A DNA stretch of 64,000 bases, taken from Camelus dromedarius. Lineage: Eukaryota. The stretch's first letter is position 1, and every line of letters starts with the position of its first letter. The stretch spans positions 31,684,001 to 31,748,000 of the forward strand of contig NC_087436.1 of the NCBI RefSeq assembly GCF_036321535.1, in the 5' to 3' direction. Made by a program: the position numbers and the translations under genes. Positions 49,819-63,925 of the stretch are shown in pieces. Under the pieces are notes generated by a model. That model worked only from the letters and a program-made list of their open reading frames with translations, was not told the origin of the DNA and made no database searches.

Positions 49819-51619
49819 ACCACCATCACCGTCACCTTCACTGTCACGATGATGAATAGCAGTGTTGCTCACTATCCAAGGGGGGTGACAGCGCTTGATA
49901 CACAATAGAATAAATATTTACACAGATAAAAAGTAACTTTGTATCTTTGCGATCTTAAATTTTGTGGAAAATTATTACTATCTGATAGTAATTATTAGAA
50001 ATTATTACTACCATTCAGATAAGTTACCATGGGTAAGTGAACAGTTTAGGCATCAAATTATGCAGTAGGTGTTTTCTGAAAAAGGTATCGTATGCACTGG
50101 GTGATGGCTCACTTTATAAATATGATCATTATATCATCTTCATCTCTGTAGGACTCAAAAGTTATTTCTCATCAGGACTTAGGTGCATATCTTTTACCTT
50201 TACATTTAACCTAGAAGACTGGCCACATTAGTCATTTTGCTTTTCTTTGTTTTGTTTTGTTGTATTGAGGAGCCAGCCGTAATTTTAACCTACACAAGAT
50301 ACTTTAAGCACAGTAATTTATTCCGCATTATTATTACCACCAAAATAAAGCTAAGATAAAATGTTTGAGTTTTTCTGCCACAGAATCAGTGATACTCAAG
50401 CTCTTCATCATCAGTGACCTGTATTGATAAAGCCACTGAGTAAGAATAAGTCATTTCCCTCTTAGTTTGTAAGTTCTGTTATGGCAACAACTGTATGTTT
50501 ACCACCACATGCCTTGCACTTGGCCATAAAGAGTGTTCAGTAAATATTTGTGTAATTGATTTGTGGATGACGTTATCTTTTGTTCTCTTGTATGTATTTA
50601 TTAAAAATTGCTTGCTGGTGTTAACAGCTACCCATTCAAATATAAGACACTAGATGGACTTACCAAGTTTTTAGGCTCACTTGGAAAAAAAATCAAAGCT
50701 GAGGTTGTTTTGGAAATGTCAGTGTATTGATTTGTTTTAGAAGTTAGATCAAAAGATAAAAACCAATCCTGAATTAACTATTTTAATACTCAGAAGTTGA
50801 TTTGATCTTTTTTTAAAAGTTATTTTAAAGACTACATTGTATCTATTTCTAACCTGGGACTCTTGAAATTACCTTTGGCCAAAAGCAGTATAATGCTTAG
50901 ATGTTGAACAACAGCAACAGAAAAAGACAACAATTCTGTACATAAGATAATTCCAGCTAACAAAGCATAAAGGATATGAATGCATAAAATATAGCATATG
51001 TACAATCACAACATAAATTTTAATCCTGAATATACTACTATGAAATGGTGTTGGAGTGATTAATATGAGCTTGAGTTTCCAGGAATTGAGCCCCTCTAAG
51101 AAGCACTATATATGAATCTTAAAAATAAACATTGTATCTGTTTAATATGAATATACTTTCATTTTAATGCCAAATAATACCTCAAGATAATATTGTTAAA
51201 GACACTTTGGCACTTTAAAAAATATGTGTATGGAGGAGGGGGGCGGTTTGCTTTTTTTATTGTGGTAAAATACATGTAACATAAAATGTACAGTTTTAGC
51301 AATTATTAAATTGTGATAAAATACATATAAAACTCACTATCTTAATCATTTTTATGTGTATGGTTCAGTAGTGCTAAGTGTATTCACACTGTTGTACAAC
51401 AAATCTTCAGAGTATATGTGTATTTTATAAAGAAAATGAATACGTCGTTTAAGATATGGTCTATTAATAAGCAGCTTTTATTTTGCACACAGGGTAATTT
51501 TGTTCAAAACATGGACAGGTATCTCACTAATAAAGATTCTGTTTTCTTAGATTTTTGAACAGTTGTATTCTAATGGCTTTTTTTCTTTTCTTTTTTTCCC
51601 CCTCTCTCTTGATTAACAG

Positions 51620-51698
51620 GAGTGAGCTGAGTCGACAGAAACTTCATACCCAAGAGCTGCTTTCTCAGCTGGAAATGGCAAATGAAAAGGTAGTTGAG
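51620..51698 (+). CDS. SCLT1: SCLT1 coding exon ((K)SELSRQKLHTQELLSQLEMANEKVVE)
   Basis: Strong polypyrimidine tract then gattaacag|G, donor GAG|gtaaga; 79 nt (1+26x3). Phase matches the upstream exon across a ~40.7 kb intron. Confidence 0.95.
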
Positions 51699-53054
51699 GT
51701 AAGATAATGACTCTCCTGGGAAGTACTTTCTGCTGCAGCTTGATACACAGGTTATAGAATTTTACCTGAGCCAAGTCCAAATTAATTCTCTATTTGGAAA
51801 TGACCATAAGGATGTGACTATTTCTTGTAGAAATCATTCATAACCCTAAAAGTCCACACATATTATAATGTGAATAAAAGCTTTGAAAGTCAGTGATTCA
51901 TCATATAAAAATGACAAAAGATAAAGCTCTTATGTTAGTTTTACCATATAACTTGTGCTGTTTCTGAGTTGTTAGGATCCTCTTCACTTTTACCTCTGTG
52001 CATGTCTAAGATTGTTTTTTTAACCCAATTCCTCTTATTTTGTTTTAATCCATCACCAAAGACATGTAGGAAATACTTTTGCCTACTTGGAATATATTGA
52101 AATACTCCTTTAGGTTAATGCTTTAGAAGTGAGTATGACAAGGGTTCATCATTTTTTTTTTCTTTTTTGAAGAAAAAAAAAGTTAAACAATTTCTAGATT
52201 AAGATTAGAACTTTCTAGAACTCTGATTCTTTGTTTAATGTTCTAACTTTGAATGTATTTGTTGGAATGTAATTAATAGGCTATTTGGTCCACCAGCTCT
52301 CTGTGGCCTTCTATAGGATCCATGACTCTTCAGTGTTATAGCGTTATGAATTGATATGAGCCATTAGGGAACAATTAAATAATAGCCATTAAAATACTCT
52401 TTGATGTAACTCCCACTTCCAGGAATCTGTTCTAAGGAAATAATTTAAAATATGAAAAATTTTAAAGGAAGATATTCAACACAGTAATGTTAATTATTTT
52501 GGAAGATCAAAAGCAACTAAAATATCAATTGAAAAAGAACAGTTGCACATACTATGATTTATCTGATCTGGAGTATGCCTTAACCATTATGGTAGCAGCA
52601 TAGAAAAATGCTCATTATGTGTGGTGTGATTGTAACTGTGAAAATGATTATTATAGATGATAGCATTTTTTTCCCCAGGTTTTCTCTAGTGTTAATGATT
52701 TAAGTTAAAGAATTTAAGACTGCACATTTAAATGTCTTAGTAAACTGGAACAGACAATGTAGTTCTCTTCATACAATTTAATTTTGCTTAAATTGGGTCA
52801 CAATAAGAAATAGAATGACATGCATATTTTAACAGGATACTGTTACTTCAATATTTTGTACTACTAGGCATGACATTCACTCTTACCACTTGTATGTAAG
52901 GGCATGGGAACTGTCTAATTCAGAAAACTGTGTAACAATTCTGGATGTACAAAAACTTTTTTTTAGGCTACTAACTGTGGAGAAGGCCAATATATGTTTT
53001 AATTGATAGAATCTTTGAACTTGTTTTCATGTTGTGATGTTTGTATTTATGATG

Positions 53055-53491
53055 CCTACAGTTTCCTGAGATTGCTATGACAAAGTCATACAGACTGGGG
53101 TGGCTTAATCAACAGAAATTTGTTGTCTCATAGTTCTGGGAGTCAGAAGTCCAAAATCAAGAAGACAGCAGGATTGGTTCCTTCTGAGGGCTTTGAGGGA
53201 GAGTCTATTCCATGCCTCCCTCTTAGTTTCTGGGAGCTTCAGGTGTTCCTTGTCTTGTACAGAGTGTTCTTCCTGTGTCTTCATGTGTTCTTCCCTTTGT
53301 ACATGTCTGACTCTGTCCAAATTTCCCCTTTGTGTGAAGACACCAGTCATATTCGATTAGGGCTCACCCTAATGACTTCATCTTAATGTAATCATCAGAA
53401 AAGACCCTATTTCCAAATAAGGTTGCATTCATAGGTACTAGGGGTTAGGACTTCAGCATCTTTTTTTAGGGACATAATGCAACCCATGACA
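53055..53491 (-). mobile_element. MLT1C/B-like MaLR solo LTR
   Basis: ggtggcttaatcaacagaaattt...cagaagtccaaaatcaag...gaccctatttccaaataagg...aacccatgaca. Confidence 0.85.
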
Positions 53492-53717
53492 ATGCTTTAA
53501 TAACTCTGTTGACTCTAATACCCTCTGGAGTCTACAGATGTATTGGGAAACATGTAGAAACAGATTTCTTCCTCTTTTAAATAATATCTTTATTATATAA
53601 TCATTTAAAACAAGTCTCACTCTGTAAAACTCAGGATTTCTAGAATGAGTATTTTATGTTCCTTGAACTTTAATAATGTGTATACTGTGTCACAATTTCC
53701 CTGAGTTTGTCCTGGCA

Positions 53718-53895
53718 CAGTGGCTCTAAATGCCTTAGCAAACTGAGCACCACCTAAGAACTTGACAGAAGTGCAGGTTCTCCAGATTCACCCCACCCCT
53801 ACCTATGCTCTGGTGGTGAGGCCCAGGTCTGCATTCTCACACTCTCCAGCTGATTCCAAAGTAGTGATCTGGCATCTCAAGGTTAACATCACAAA
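53718..53895. mobile_element. MER5A-like hAT-Charlie MITE
   Basis: cagtggctct...gtgcaggttctc...ggtgaggcccaggtctgcatt...ctccagctgattc. Confidence 0.55.
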
Positions 53896-54170
53896 CTGAA
53901 AGTCTTGTTCTTAACCTCAGGCTTTGTTTGCTTTTGGATTTAATTAATTTTCTTTGGTGGTACATAGGGGAAAAACAAAACAATTTAGTCAATGTGAAAC
54001 CAACTTTGAACTTTGAAGTTCATAACTTGAAAAATGTGAATTTGGAGATATATTATCTTTGCCTTTTATAAGTGGTAAAATGATGTCCAGATATTTCATT
54101 GATTATTCCATAAAAGTCTCCATGCCACATATGGATTTATAACTTCTTTGTTTTATATTCCCCTTAATAG

Positions 54171-54266
54171 AATGAAAAGTTAATTCTAGAGCATCAAGAA
54201 AAATCCAACAGGCTTCAGAGGCGACTAAGTGAGGCGGAACAGAGAGCTGCTTCAGCCTCCCAGCAG
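54171..54266 (+). CDS. SCLT1: SCLT1 penultimate coding exon (NEKLILEHQEKSNRLQRRLSEAEQRAASASQQ)
   Basis: Acceptor ccccttaatag|AAT, donor CAG|gtaggg; 96 nt, phase 0-0, open frame. Confidence 0.95.
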
Positions 54267-54460
54267 GTAGGGAGCCTCCTCGTTATCCCTGGAAAATAGT
54301 AAATAGTCTGACTAGATCAAAGAGAAGAAAAATTCTTCAAAAGTTCCCAAAGAACTGGTGGTTTTATTTTTATTTAATTAAACTATTTAAAATTAGTCTC
54401 TTTAATATTTGCAGTTGAAAAAAGTAAACTTTAGAAACAGAAATAAACAGCAGTCTCCTG

Positions 54461-54663
54461 CTGCCGTGTCCAATGTGATAGCCACTAGCCCAAGCCGCTG
54501 CTTAAATTTAAGTTAATTAAAATCAAATAAAAGTAAAGCTGATATCCTCAGCCACACTAGCCAGATTTCAGGTCCTCAAAAGCCACGTGGAGCCGTGGCT
54601 GTCATACTGGACACGTGGTTACAGAACAACTGTCATCCCAGTAAGTTCTGTGGGACAGCATGG
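54461..54663 (-). mobile_element. MER3 hAT-Charlie MITE
   Basis: gtccaatgtgatagccactagcc...ttaaatttaagttaattaaaat...actggaca...agttctgtgggacagca is colinear with the recalled MER3 reverse complement. Confidence 0.8.
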
Positions 54664-55459
54664 CTCTAGAATTGTGTTCTGTCTAGAACTAGGCAGATGT
54701 TCACTGACAGATTTGGAAGTAGATAACATTGCTTTGTATGTAATATTTAAAATTGTACTTTTTTATTGTTGTTTTTAAACGGAAAAAAATTATTTGGCTT
54801 AGGGGTTTAACCTCATTTCATACATGTTATGACCATGTAAATCTAAAATACCATATAAAATTTGTCCAGTGGGAAATAGAGTTGAAAATGCATAATATCA
54901 AGGAAATAATAAGGGGCAGTTACTCTGTAATACTCACACATTATATAAATGAAATGGTCCATTTGTTCTAAAGTAGGAACAATAGTCTCTCCTGTTAGGA
55001 ACAAAAGGAGAACAGTTTAGTGATTATAAATATAAGCTGGAAACAGTTTAGATAGATATGCAGACAGACAGACAAAAACCAGGTTACTGTATTATTAATT
55101 ATATTTAGTTATAAATATACTGCTTCAATCAAAATTAATATTATTCTTAGGTATTACATCATTTCTATACATAGTAAAACAACTAACCCTAAATACTCAC
55201 TGAATTCAGTTTGTGTTCGTAATGTTTATATATTTTTTTTTGAAATCTACTTCTGGTATGAATATGGCATGGCATTTAACAAAAATCCAATAATAGTTTG
55301 CCCTTCTATTTCCCTCCCTCTTGAAAGTAATTATAGTTTTATCAAATAAGTTTAATTTCTCATAAAGTTATGAGTTGACGGAATCTTGAATTAATCATTC
55401 AAGAATTCATTTATTCACTGAGATTATAAGGTAACAGGAGCCAAGGTACTAGGCAGTAT

Positions 55460-55660
55460 CTTGAGAGGATGCAGTTTGATGTCAGGCAAATAGCCTGGTA
55501 CCATTAGGTGGCCATGTGACTTTGGGCAATTTCAGCTTCTCTAAGCCTCAGTTTCTTCATGTTTTAACGTAGGATAATAACACCTCTCTGATAGAGTTAT
55601 TAAAAGATCAAAGGAATTAACACATATAAAGCGCTTAGCATAGTCATTAAGTGTAAGTAG
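55460..55660 (+). mobile_element. MIR SINE
   Basis: tgtgactttgggcaatttcagcttctctaagcctcagtttcttcat core. Confidence 0.75.
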
Positions 55661-56489
55661 ATACTTAGATATATAGAAATTAAATTAATATAGCACAGTC
55701 TTAAAAGCTTTCAGTTTACCTTTTTTAAGGAACATGGTAAAGAAAATAATACCTACTTAAAATCAACTACCTGGAGTTCTTTAACAAGAAGGGTACAGTT
55801 ACAGAATCTTAATTGTATAAACCAATTGTCTCTAGTCTCCTTTCTGACAGAATTAAACCTAAGCAGTCTGACACTGACGTTTCTCCTGCAATTTAAACTC
55901 CTTAATGGCAGAGATTCCACCATTCTCTTTGTAGCTTTTTTTTTTTCATGTTTTGTCAGTAACCACTTCACAGATTTCTCCATAAGCCTTTTTCCTTGCA
56001 TTCTGTTCTCATTTGAAGATGGAAAATAATCATTTAGCATTTTCGCCGTACGTAGGGAGTTTGTTCCCTGGAGTTAACTTTTTTTGTCCTATTTTAAATG
56101 TGTCCAAGTCATAAACTTTTTAAGACATATTTTCAGTTTTTTACAAATCTTTATCTTTGCCTTCTCTCAATCTTTTCTAATTTTCCCATTTTACTCTAAA
56201 AACTGGAAACTGCTATTAGAAATAGTATCCTGCTAAGGGCTTGATATTTAATGAAATAAAGAAGTTAAGAGGTCTGTATTGTCTCTAACATGTGACACTC
56301 ACCCATGCAGCCCAGCCAGCATCATGTCACTGGTTCAGCACAAGCCCTGCGCTGTATTCATTCAGTCATGCTCGAAGTGTGCTCTTCTGATTAACTTTCT
56401 CTATACATTCTTCTTCCATCTTTGGATTGTGGTTAGATGTTCTAAGTGTATCATTCTAAATTGTTGAATTCCACACTGTGTTCTTTTGA

Positions 56490-57450
56490 CAGTATGGTAT
56501 TTTAAAAAATCAGTGTGGTGAAGCCTTTCTCTGCAGTACACAAAACCTAGAAACTATGAGAATTTAATAAATGTGACTATGTAAAATTTCAGATTTCTGC
56601 ATTAAAAAATCATAAAGTCAGTGACAAATGGAGAAAATTATGTGCAACACATAGACAAAAGGCGAATATCCTAAACACATATAAAGAGTGACTAATCAAC
56701 AACAAAAAAAAAGTACTATAGTACAATGGAGTGAATAAAGGATAAAAGACAAGTGGCTTTTAAACATTTAAGAAATGCCCAGCTCATCCTCACCCATAAG
56801 ACAAATGCAGATTTAAACTGTAATCACATACCATTTTTCACCTGTCAGGTCATGAAGCTTGATAATACATTGTGCTGGCACTTTCACACATCAATGATGT
56901 AAATGTGAATTGGTACAACCTCTTTGGTGCCCAGTCTGGCAATATCTCTCAAAAATTGGAAATGTGCCTAAGCTATGATCCAGCAGTTCCAAGAATGTAT
57001 TCTGCAGGTGGTGTATTTGCACCTGGCAAGTCTGTGCAAGGATGCATGTAAAAATTACTAATTGCAGCATCACCTATAATTTTAAAAGATTAAAAACCAT
57101 CTAAATGCCCATCCACAGGAAACAGTTCAACTATGGAATATCCATGCAAGGGAAATTTTGCAGCTGTTAAGAGGAATAAAGTGATTTAATGTGAAAGTAT
57201 TTCTAAGGTAGATTGTTTAGCAGGAAAAAAAGATGAAAAGTATCTCCAGTACTTTATCATTTTTTAAAGAAAAGGCGGTGAGGAAATATATGCATATGTT
57301 CTCACTTAGAATATGTCAAGAAATATACTTAGGAGCTGGAAATAGTAGTATCTGGAAAGAAGGCTGTGGAATGAAGGACAGAGATGGGAAGACTTTATGC
57401 TCTTTGCTCTTTTGTACTCTGAGATGTTTTTAACCATGTGTCTGTATCAT
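56490..57450 (+). mobile_element. Ancient L1ME-like 3' end
   Basis: aatgtgaattggtacaacctctttgg; ctaaatgcccatccacagga. Confidence 0.65.
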
Positions 57451-57865
57451 CAATTTCAATTAATATTCAAAGGTTGTTTCCCCATTAGACTTATTATGAT
57501 CTATCATCACCTTTTTAATACCTGCCCTGCATTTTGCTGGCTCACATGTAGTTTGTGTTCTAGCTCATTTTCTGATTAACTTTTATCTAGATGTTTTTCA
57601 TCCATTTGTAAAGTATGTTTTGGAATTCCAAGTATATCACTGAGCTATGGAATGTCATATTTGACATGCATATCTCTAGTGTAATACAGACATTTTAAAG
57701 TATCAAGAGTGAAAGAGAAATGAACACAAAAAGTGACCTCCTACAAGACCCTTTACAATAAGATTATTTTTAATAATTGTAAGTTATGACGTATTATACT
57801 TTGTATTAGTCTAAGATTTTCCATAGAGAAAGTAACTATTTACTGATTGTTTATTTCAATTGCAG

Positions 57866-57928
57866 CTCAGTGTGATTACAGTGCAGAGAAGAAAAGCAGC
57901 CTCCATGATGAATCTGGAAAATGTTTAA
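57866..57928 (+). CDS. SCLT1: SCLT1 terminal coding exon (LSVITVQRRKAASMMNLENV*)
   Basis: Acceptor ttcaattgcag|CTC, 20 codons, TAA at 57926-57928. Matches the recalled SCLT1 C-terminus. Confidence 0.95.
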   Translation, partial: LSVITVQRRKAASMMNLENV

Positions 57929-58400
57929 AAGTATACATAGTTCACTCCCAGAACTTTAGAGTTGGGAAAGCTGTTGGACTAGAAGTGTATTAAAATGGTA
58001 AAACCTGCGTAGAATGGTTAAGGCTTGTGTCATTTTGCATAAGCATTTTCCATTCTGTTTTGAGGGTTATTGGAAAACAGAACAGTGACAGCTTCCTGTA
58101 AGTAAAGAAAATATAATTCTATATTGAGCCTCAGTGGAGAATAAAGCCAATTGGGAAGAACTGATTGCCTTCCTCGACATGTCTATTTTTTTTAATTCCT
58201 CCTTTTTCCCTTGGAAGAGTGTAATAATTTTCAAACTGTTCTGATCATGAGTTTTAAGAAAATGCTAGAATTTCAATATTTCAGTTTCCAAGATTTGAGA
58301 ATTTTGCATCTAATTGTTCCTCATAGCTTATTTTTAAAGTTCCCAAGTACCCATATTATTATGAACTCATATGTAATAAATTACACACTTTCTAAAATGA
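57929..58400 (+). promoter_or_regulatory. Probable SCLT1 3' UTR with candidate poly(A) signals
   Basis: AATAAA at 58140-58145 and 58375-58380; ATTAAA further out at 58613-58618. The true end cannot be fixed from sequence alone. Confidence 0.6.
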
Positions 58401-59850
58401 TGCTGTCATGTATTTTAATGTATAATTGTAGTGATTCATTTTTAACTTACACAATTTCCAGTATTTATCAAATATTGATATTTAAGAATTTGGGGAGGTT
58501 TTGGTCTGTTTGGGGTTTTGAGGGAGTTGGGTAGGGTTGTTTTGTTTTGTTTTTGCTGTTACTCAAAACAGTATTAATCAAATGGAATCTTAAGTTCTGA
58601 GACTGCATGGGCATTAAACTATTGTGGTCCTATTGATTTCCATAGATCCATGTGCTCAATTATTCTCTGCTCCTAGTTTGAACATAGTGCACCCTGCTTT
58701 CTGTGATTAGAGTAGATGGGTTTGCATCTGGACAAGTTAGGAGACCATTGTAGTAGTCCAGAGAAAATACAATGAGTTAATGAGTTAGAGGTGATGTAGC
58801 AGCATGCATGTGTAAATATTCAACCAGCACAGAGGTTTAGGACTGATACCAACAAATTGAGATAGTCATGGGTCTTTGGCATGGAGCTGAGAATTGAAGC
58901 CATGGAGTGTAGTGGCTTGCTGAGGGGCCTTATGTGATGTGCTAGCTACCTCTTCCCCTCCATTTCTGCTCTATCCCTGATGAAGGCCTTCTTCATCTTC
59001 CATCATGACGTCATCCTCCCTCCCCACACAGGGTCTCTGCACATACTTGGCCATTTGCATATTCTTCAGATTACTACTTAGACACCACTGTGTCAGAGAG
59101 CCTTACCTAGCCACCAGACTAGGTTAGGTCCCCTTGTTGTATTGCTGTTAATGTATGCTATATGTTTTCCTTTATAGTCCTTACTAAAATCTGTAATTAA
59201 CTCTTTTTGAAATTTTTTTCTTTAATGTCATCTCCTCCCCAATGGACTGCAGGATCCTTGAGGGCAGGACTCATGTCTGCTGTCATTCATCGTTGTACTC
59301 TTAGCAGTCAGCGCTGTTCCTGCCACATGGAAGGTATTCAGTAACTGTTTTGTTCAAAAACTGAAAGAGTCATCAAGACAGGACCTTAGAAAATGTCTTT
59401 ATTTGTTGAATGACCTCAGGAAGAAGAGTCTTTGGAGGAAATTGAATAGGAGCAATAAGAGGGCTGTAACAAAGCAAATCCAATATGATGAAAACTGAGG
59501 GAGGGAAAAATCTGATCTAGTAAAAGCTGGGGGTGGGGGTGCAGCAAATTGTTGCTACTATCAAGTACAATGATGAGACCAGATAATACAGATGTGACAG
59601 TAAATGGTAGTAGGCGCTTAGCATTTCCATCTCTTAAAGATTTTTTCATTTGGTTCTCTGAATTCCTTCCCATCATTCCAGACTGATTTCTACGTAATAA
59701 GAGGTATGTTCCTATTTATGTTTATAGAGTATAGATTTTAGTTTTTAAAACTTTAAATTAGAGAAAATGTTAGAATTATATCTGACCAAAAAAATGAGAC
59801 TATAAGGAGAAAGCACTTCAGAAACTAACATTCGAGACAAATGGAATGTA

Positions 59851-60052
59851 AGTAGTAGTAGTAGTAGTAGAGGTAGTAGTGGTAGTAGTAGTGGTAGCAG
59901 TGGTGGTGGTAGTAGTGGTGGTAGTAGTGGTGGTGGTAGTAGTGGTGGTAGTGGTGGTGGTGGTAGTACTAGTGGTAGTAGTAGTGGTATTAGTGGTGGT
60001 GGTGGTAGTGGTAGTAGTAGTGGTAAGTAGTAGTAAGTAGTAAGTAGTAGTA
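59851..60052. repeat. Compound (GTA/GTG)n trinucleotide repeat, ~200 bp
   Basis: Read directly; source of the poly-Thr ORF 59818..60117(-). Confidence 0.95.
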
Positions 60053-61429
60053 TCCTTTCTCAAAAAGAAAGTTTCACTTTCCAGACTGACTTCTTTGAGG
60101 TAAAATCTTCCAACCAAACTTCCTCCAAACTGTGGCCATAGGCACCTACTCTTTACATTTTGGTATTAACAACCCCCTCTCCAGTTGGCTTTCTTGAATA
60201 CTTAGATGTTCTCCAAGAAAGGGATATAATATGCAGATAATAGGCCTTTCTGATCTCTGTTCAATTTGAACAGATTTAAGCTATGTTTAGCAACAGAACT
60301 AAATATGTATGGTTATTTTTCTTCCAGAAAATGTTGTTAGCTAATGATTTCCAATGTAAAAATGTAGTGGAGTTTTTGAAACATTTCTCTTGTTGATCAG
60401 TCTTGACTTCATTTACACAGGCAGTGAGTATCATTGCCCTGTGAACTTTATTTTAAGAGAGAGGGGAAAATAATAGGAAAGAGAAAAGAAATGCTATAAA
60501 TCTGAAATTGGGGACAACACAGCTAGTTCATTTTATTTATTCATCTTTATTTATTGTATCTCCCTGAGGAAGAAAAGAGATGTGATTACCTCTTCTTCCC
60601 TTTGTATACAAATACGCAAATTGGAGCAGCCAACAATCTTCTGATTTCTCCTCTAGTGTGAGAACTATGGGAGAACATTAGTAACAACTTAGTCACTCAT
60701 TTATTCAGCAAATGTGAATATTTCATAGCTGCATAGCCTGCCAAGCCAACTCTCAGACAAATCAAGGAAGAGTGAAAAAGCACTTTTAAACATTTTATTA
60801 TAAATTCTGTTCTTTAACCATAATGTGTTCTATCAATTTTTCCAAAATTAATCTGTAATGAGCTTCTTTATAAACCTTTTTATCTAAAATAATGATTAAC
60901 TTTTTAGTTTACTTAAAAATGTATATATACATACAGATATGTGTACAGAGAGGAGAAAGACACTGCAGTACCCCAGTACTACCTATGAAACCCCTCCCTT
61001 ACCACCTCTTAAGCCTTAAAAAAAAGTGTGGCTTTTGTGACAATATTAATATTTATATAAGGAAGAACTAAAATATGTTTATGCCTAGATAACAGGAATC
61101 ATAGACTGGAAAGGCATTTTTAAGTAAAGTAATTTTTTACTGGCACCCACCCAACTACCAAGAAAAAGTCTGCACTAAGTAAGTGGTCTTCTTGCCCAAG
61201 GGTTCACCAGAAAAATTCACATTTGCTCCACACTCCCATAGACATTCTTGGGTACTAGCTCTAACTCTACTCTGTGTCTCGACACAAAAGGATATTGGAA
61301 TGTAAGCAAATGGGAGTGACGTTAGAGATAACTTTGAATTTGCTCTAGTTTATTCCTTTTTAAATACACATTCTTAAAGTTCACTCCTTTATTTTTAGTA
61401 ACAAATTAACCAGTGTTACTGTGCACAGC

Positions 61430-62800
61430 TGTTGAAATTCACTGGCATGGGGCGGGGCAGCTTCCTCTCCCTTGAGGTGGCCCAATCTACTTTCCAACAG
61501 CTTTGACCATTAGAAATTTCTTCCTCATATTGAACTGCAGTGTGTCTCCTGCCTTAGTTCTACCTTGTGCAACAGAGGAAATCTAAACCATCTTCCATAC
61601 GGCAGATCTTTAGCCTGCTAAAAGTAATCATCATGTTCTCCCTGTGCTTAGTAGGCATCTCCGTTTCCTCACAGGACTTAGTTTTGAGTCCTCGGGCCAA
61701 CCAGTCACTGGTCTCTGGAAGCATATATCCTCCTTCACTCTTTGAGCAGATATTTCTTGAGCACTTGACTTTACACCAAGTGTGCTTGGGATGCATCAGT
61801 CTTATGCCCAAAACCAAACATTATATTCAAGGTATAAACTATTCATTCCCTTATCCTGGATCGTAACTGAGAGAGATGGGGAAAGGGTGATACCTGCCCG
61901 AGCTGGAGGGACGGCATATTAGTCTCTAGGGTGTGGATTTGGCCTCATAATACATAGCCTTCCCCTCCATCCACCCCCCACCCCACCCAAAAGGAGCCTG
62001 ACATACTTTTAGGGAAGCATCTTTGAGAGTTACTGTAATTAGTGCTTCAGGGAAATGCACATATAATTTCTCATTAGTTACTTAGGATGAGGAAAAAAAA
62101 CGAGAATTACTGTTCTAGAGTCTACACTTCCAATAATGCAACTTGAAATCATGTTAGCTTTTTTGGAAGTTGAATCACACTGTTGGACAGATATTGAGCA
62201 TGTTATTGACTAAAATCCTAAGTCTTTTCCGAAGGTTTTGCTGCTAAGGCATATCTTTGCCCCAGAGGTGAGACTGGTCATTTATCCCTTTTAAATTTCA
62301 TTATACCATTACAGGGTGCTGAGGTCATTTTAGCTCCTAATTCTGTCATCCAGTTTGTTACCTGTAAGAACTATATCTGTTTCATTTTGCTTTACTGCTA
62401 TATTTCTTGCATTCATGACCATTTTTTATTTACAGTGAATGCCATCTACAGGCTTGATAAACATGCCACCCATATTTTCATGAAAATCATTGAAAATATG
62501 AGAACTAGACAGACCTGAGTAGTCAGTCTCTTAGAGCACACCAGTCACAACCTCCCATAATCAGTAACTAACCAGGACCCATGAGGCATGGTCAGTTGGC
62601 CTGTTTTAAGTCTAGTCCATATTGCTGCTGCTACATACCACCATGGAAATGCCAAGGAAGACCTAGGCTTCTGCTTAGCATAAATTCATGTATCACAACT
62701 GTCATGCTTCCCAGACCTAATTAGTAATCCTGTCCAAGAAGACAGTTAAGTTAGATGAATTTCTTCTTAGTAAATCTGTGTAGCATCCTAGTCACTGCCT
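61430..62800 (-). mobile_element. CR1/L3 LINE remnants (a similar piece at ~47930-48300)
   Basis: cagctttgaccattagaaatttcttcctcatattgaactg; gtcatctac/ttgataaacatgcc-like and tcatgaaaatcattgaaaata antisense RT remnants. Confidence 0.6.
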
Positions 62801-63109
62801 GTTCCTTTTACGTTGACTTAAAACCCTTAACGTCCTTTAGTATGGCATCATGGAAGTTCTCAGTCAGTATTTCTATCCTTTATTCAAAGAATTTTTAAAA
62901 GTGCATTAGAGTATAATATGATGTATAAGGAAATCTGTTAGCACTTAGGTCTGTGAAGATTAAAAATATGAGACTAAGATTTCCTTTCATATAAACTGTG
63001 CTCTAGGGGATAAAGGAGAATGAGAAGTCATGATCCCTTTTCTGCAAATAACCAAAAGAATCCATTGGAGAATCTTTCCCTGGATCTACAATAAACATGC
63101 TGATCTGTA

Positions 63110-63390
63110 TTAATAATGTCTATTTATTGAGCACCTATTATATGCAAGGCATTGTTCTAGCATTTTGGATTTATTACCTCACTTAATCCAACAAACCTGC
63201 CAGGAGGGTGTTATCATTCCTTTTCCAAAGGTATAAGGTATCGTAAAAATTAAACGCCTGTCCCAGGGTCGCATAGGTGAAAAGCGGCACTGCAAGCTCT
63301 CCAACCAGGTCTATCCAACACCAGATTTCTACTGCCAACATTGCATCCTTAGGGTTTGCGGAATTCATGCTTTTGACATCTCTCCCATTT
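63110..63390 (-). mobile_element. MIR SINE
   Basis: tatttattgagcacctattatatgcaaggcattgttctag...cctgtcccagggtcgcatag. Confidence 0.8.
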
Positions 63391-63925
63391 GCTGACAGTG
63401 ACTGAGAGGTTCCCTGAGTGCCCTGAGACTTATTTCCTCTGGGTCAGGAGGCCAGAACTCACTGTAAACAGCTAGGTGCGCTCATACAAGTGCTTCACAC
63501 ATCCTAGACTTCAGGAAACCCTTACCAATGTCTGTTCTGTCCTTTTCAATTCAGGTATTTGTGTTCTTGATAGAAAATGCAGACGTAAAATAGATTTGGA
63601 AAATTCTACGTTCACCTTTTCATTCATCAACTTACTATGAGTCTGAGGTGCAAATGAGACTTTCTTTGCCTTTTCTGACTCTGAGTCTAACCCAAAAGCC
63701 TTTTTGTTTATCAAATTATATGCATTATGTAGAAAACTTCCTAAGAAGAGCATCTTCATATCTAGTGGGATTTGGGTTATTTTTTTACCTAGAAAGGAAA
63801 TTGGCCATAACCTAAAAAGTTGGGTAACTTTCATGGAAAATGTAGATCTAAGCAAAGGAACTCATATAAATTAGTGGGCTACCCCCTTTGAAGTTTTCCA
63901 AATTTCTTTATTAGCCTTATAAAGC

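Noticed and set aside
55384..55406. 8-bp hairpin tcttgaat / attcaaga
   Set aside because: Short and AT-rich; expected by chance in 64 kb.
59818..60117. Poly-Thr mucin-like ORF
   Set aside because: Translation of a trinucleotide repeat; no splice or promoter support.
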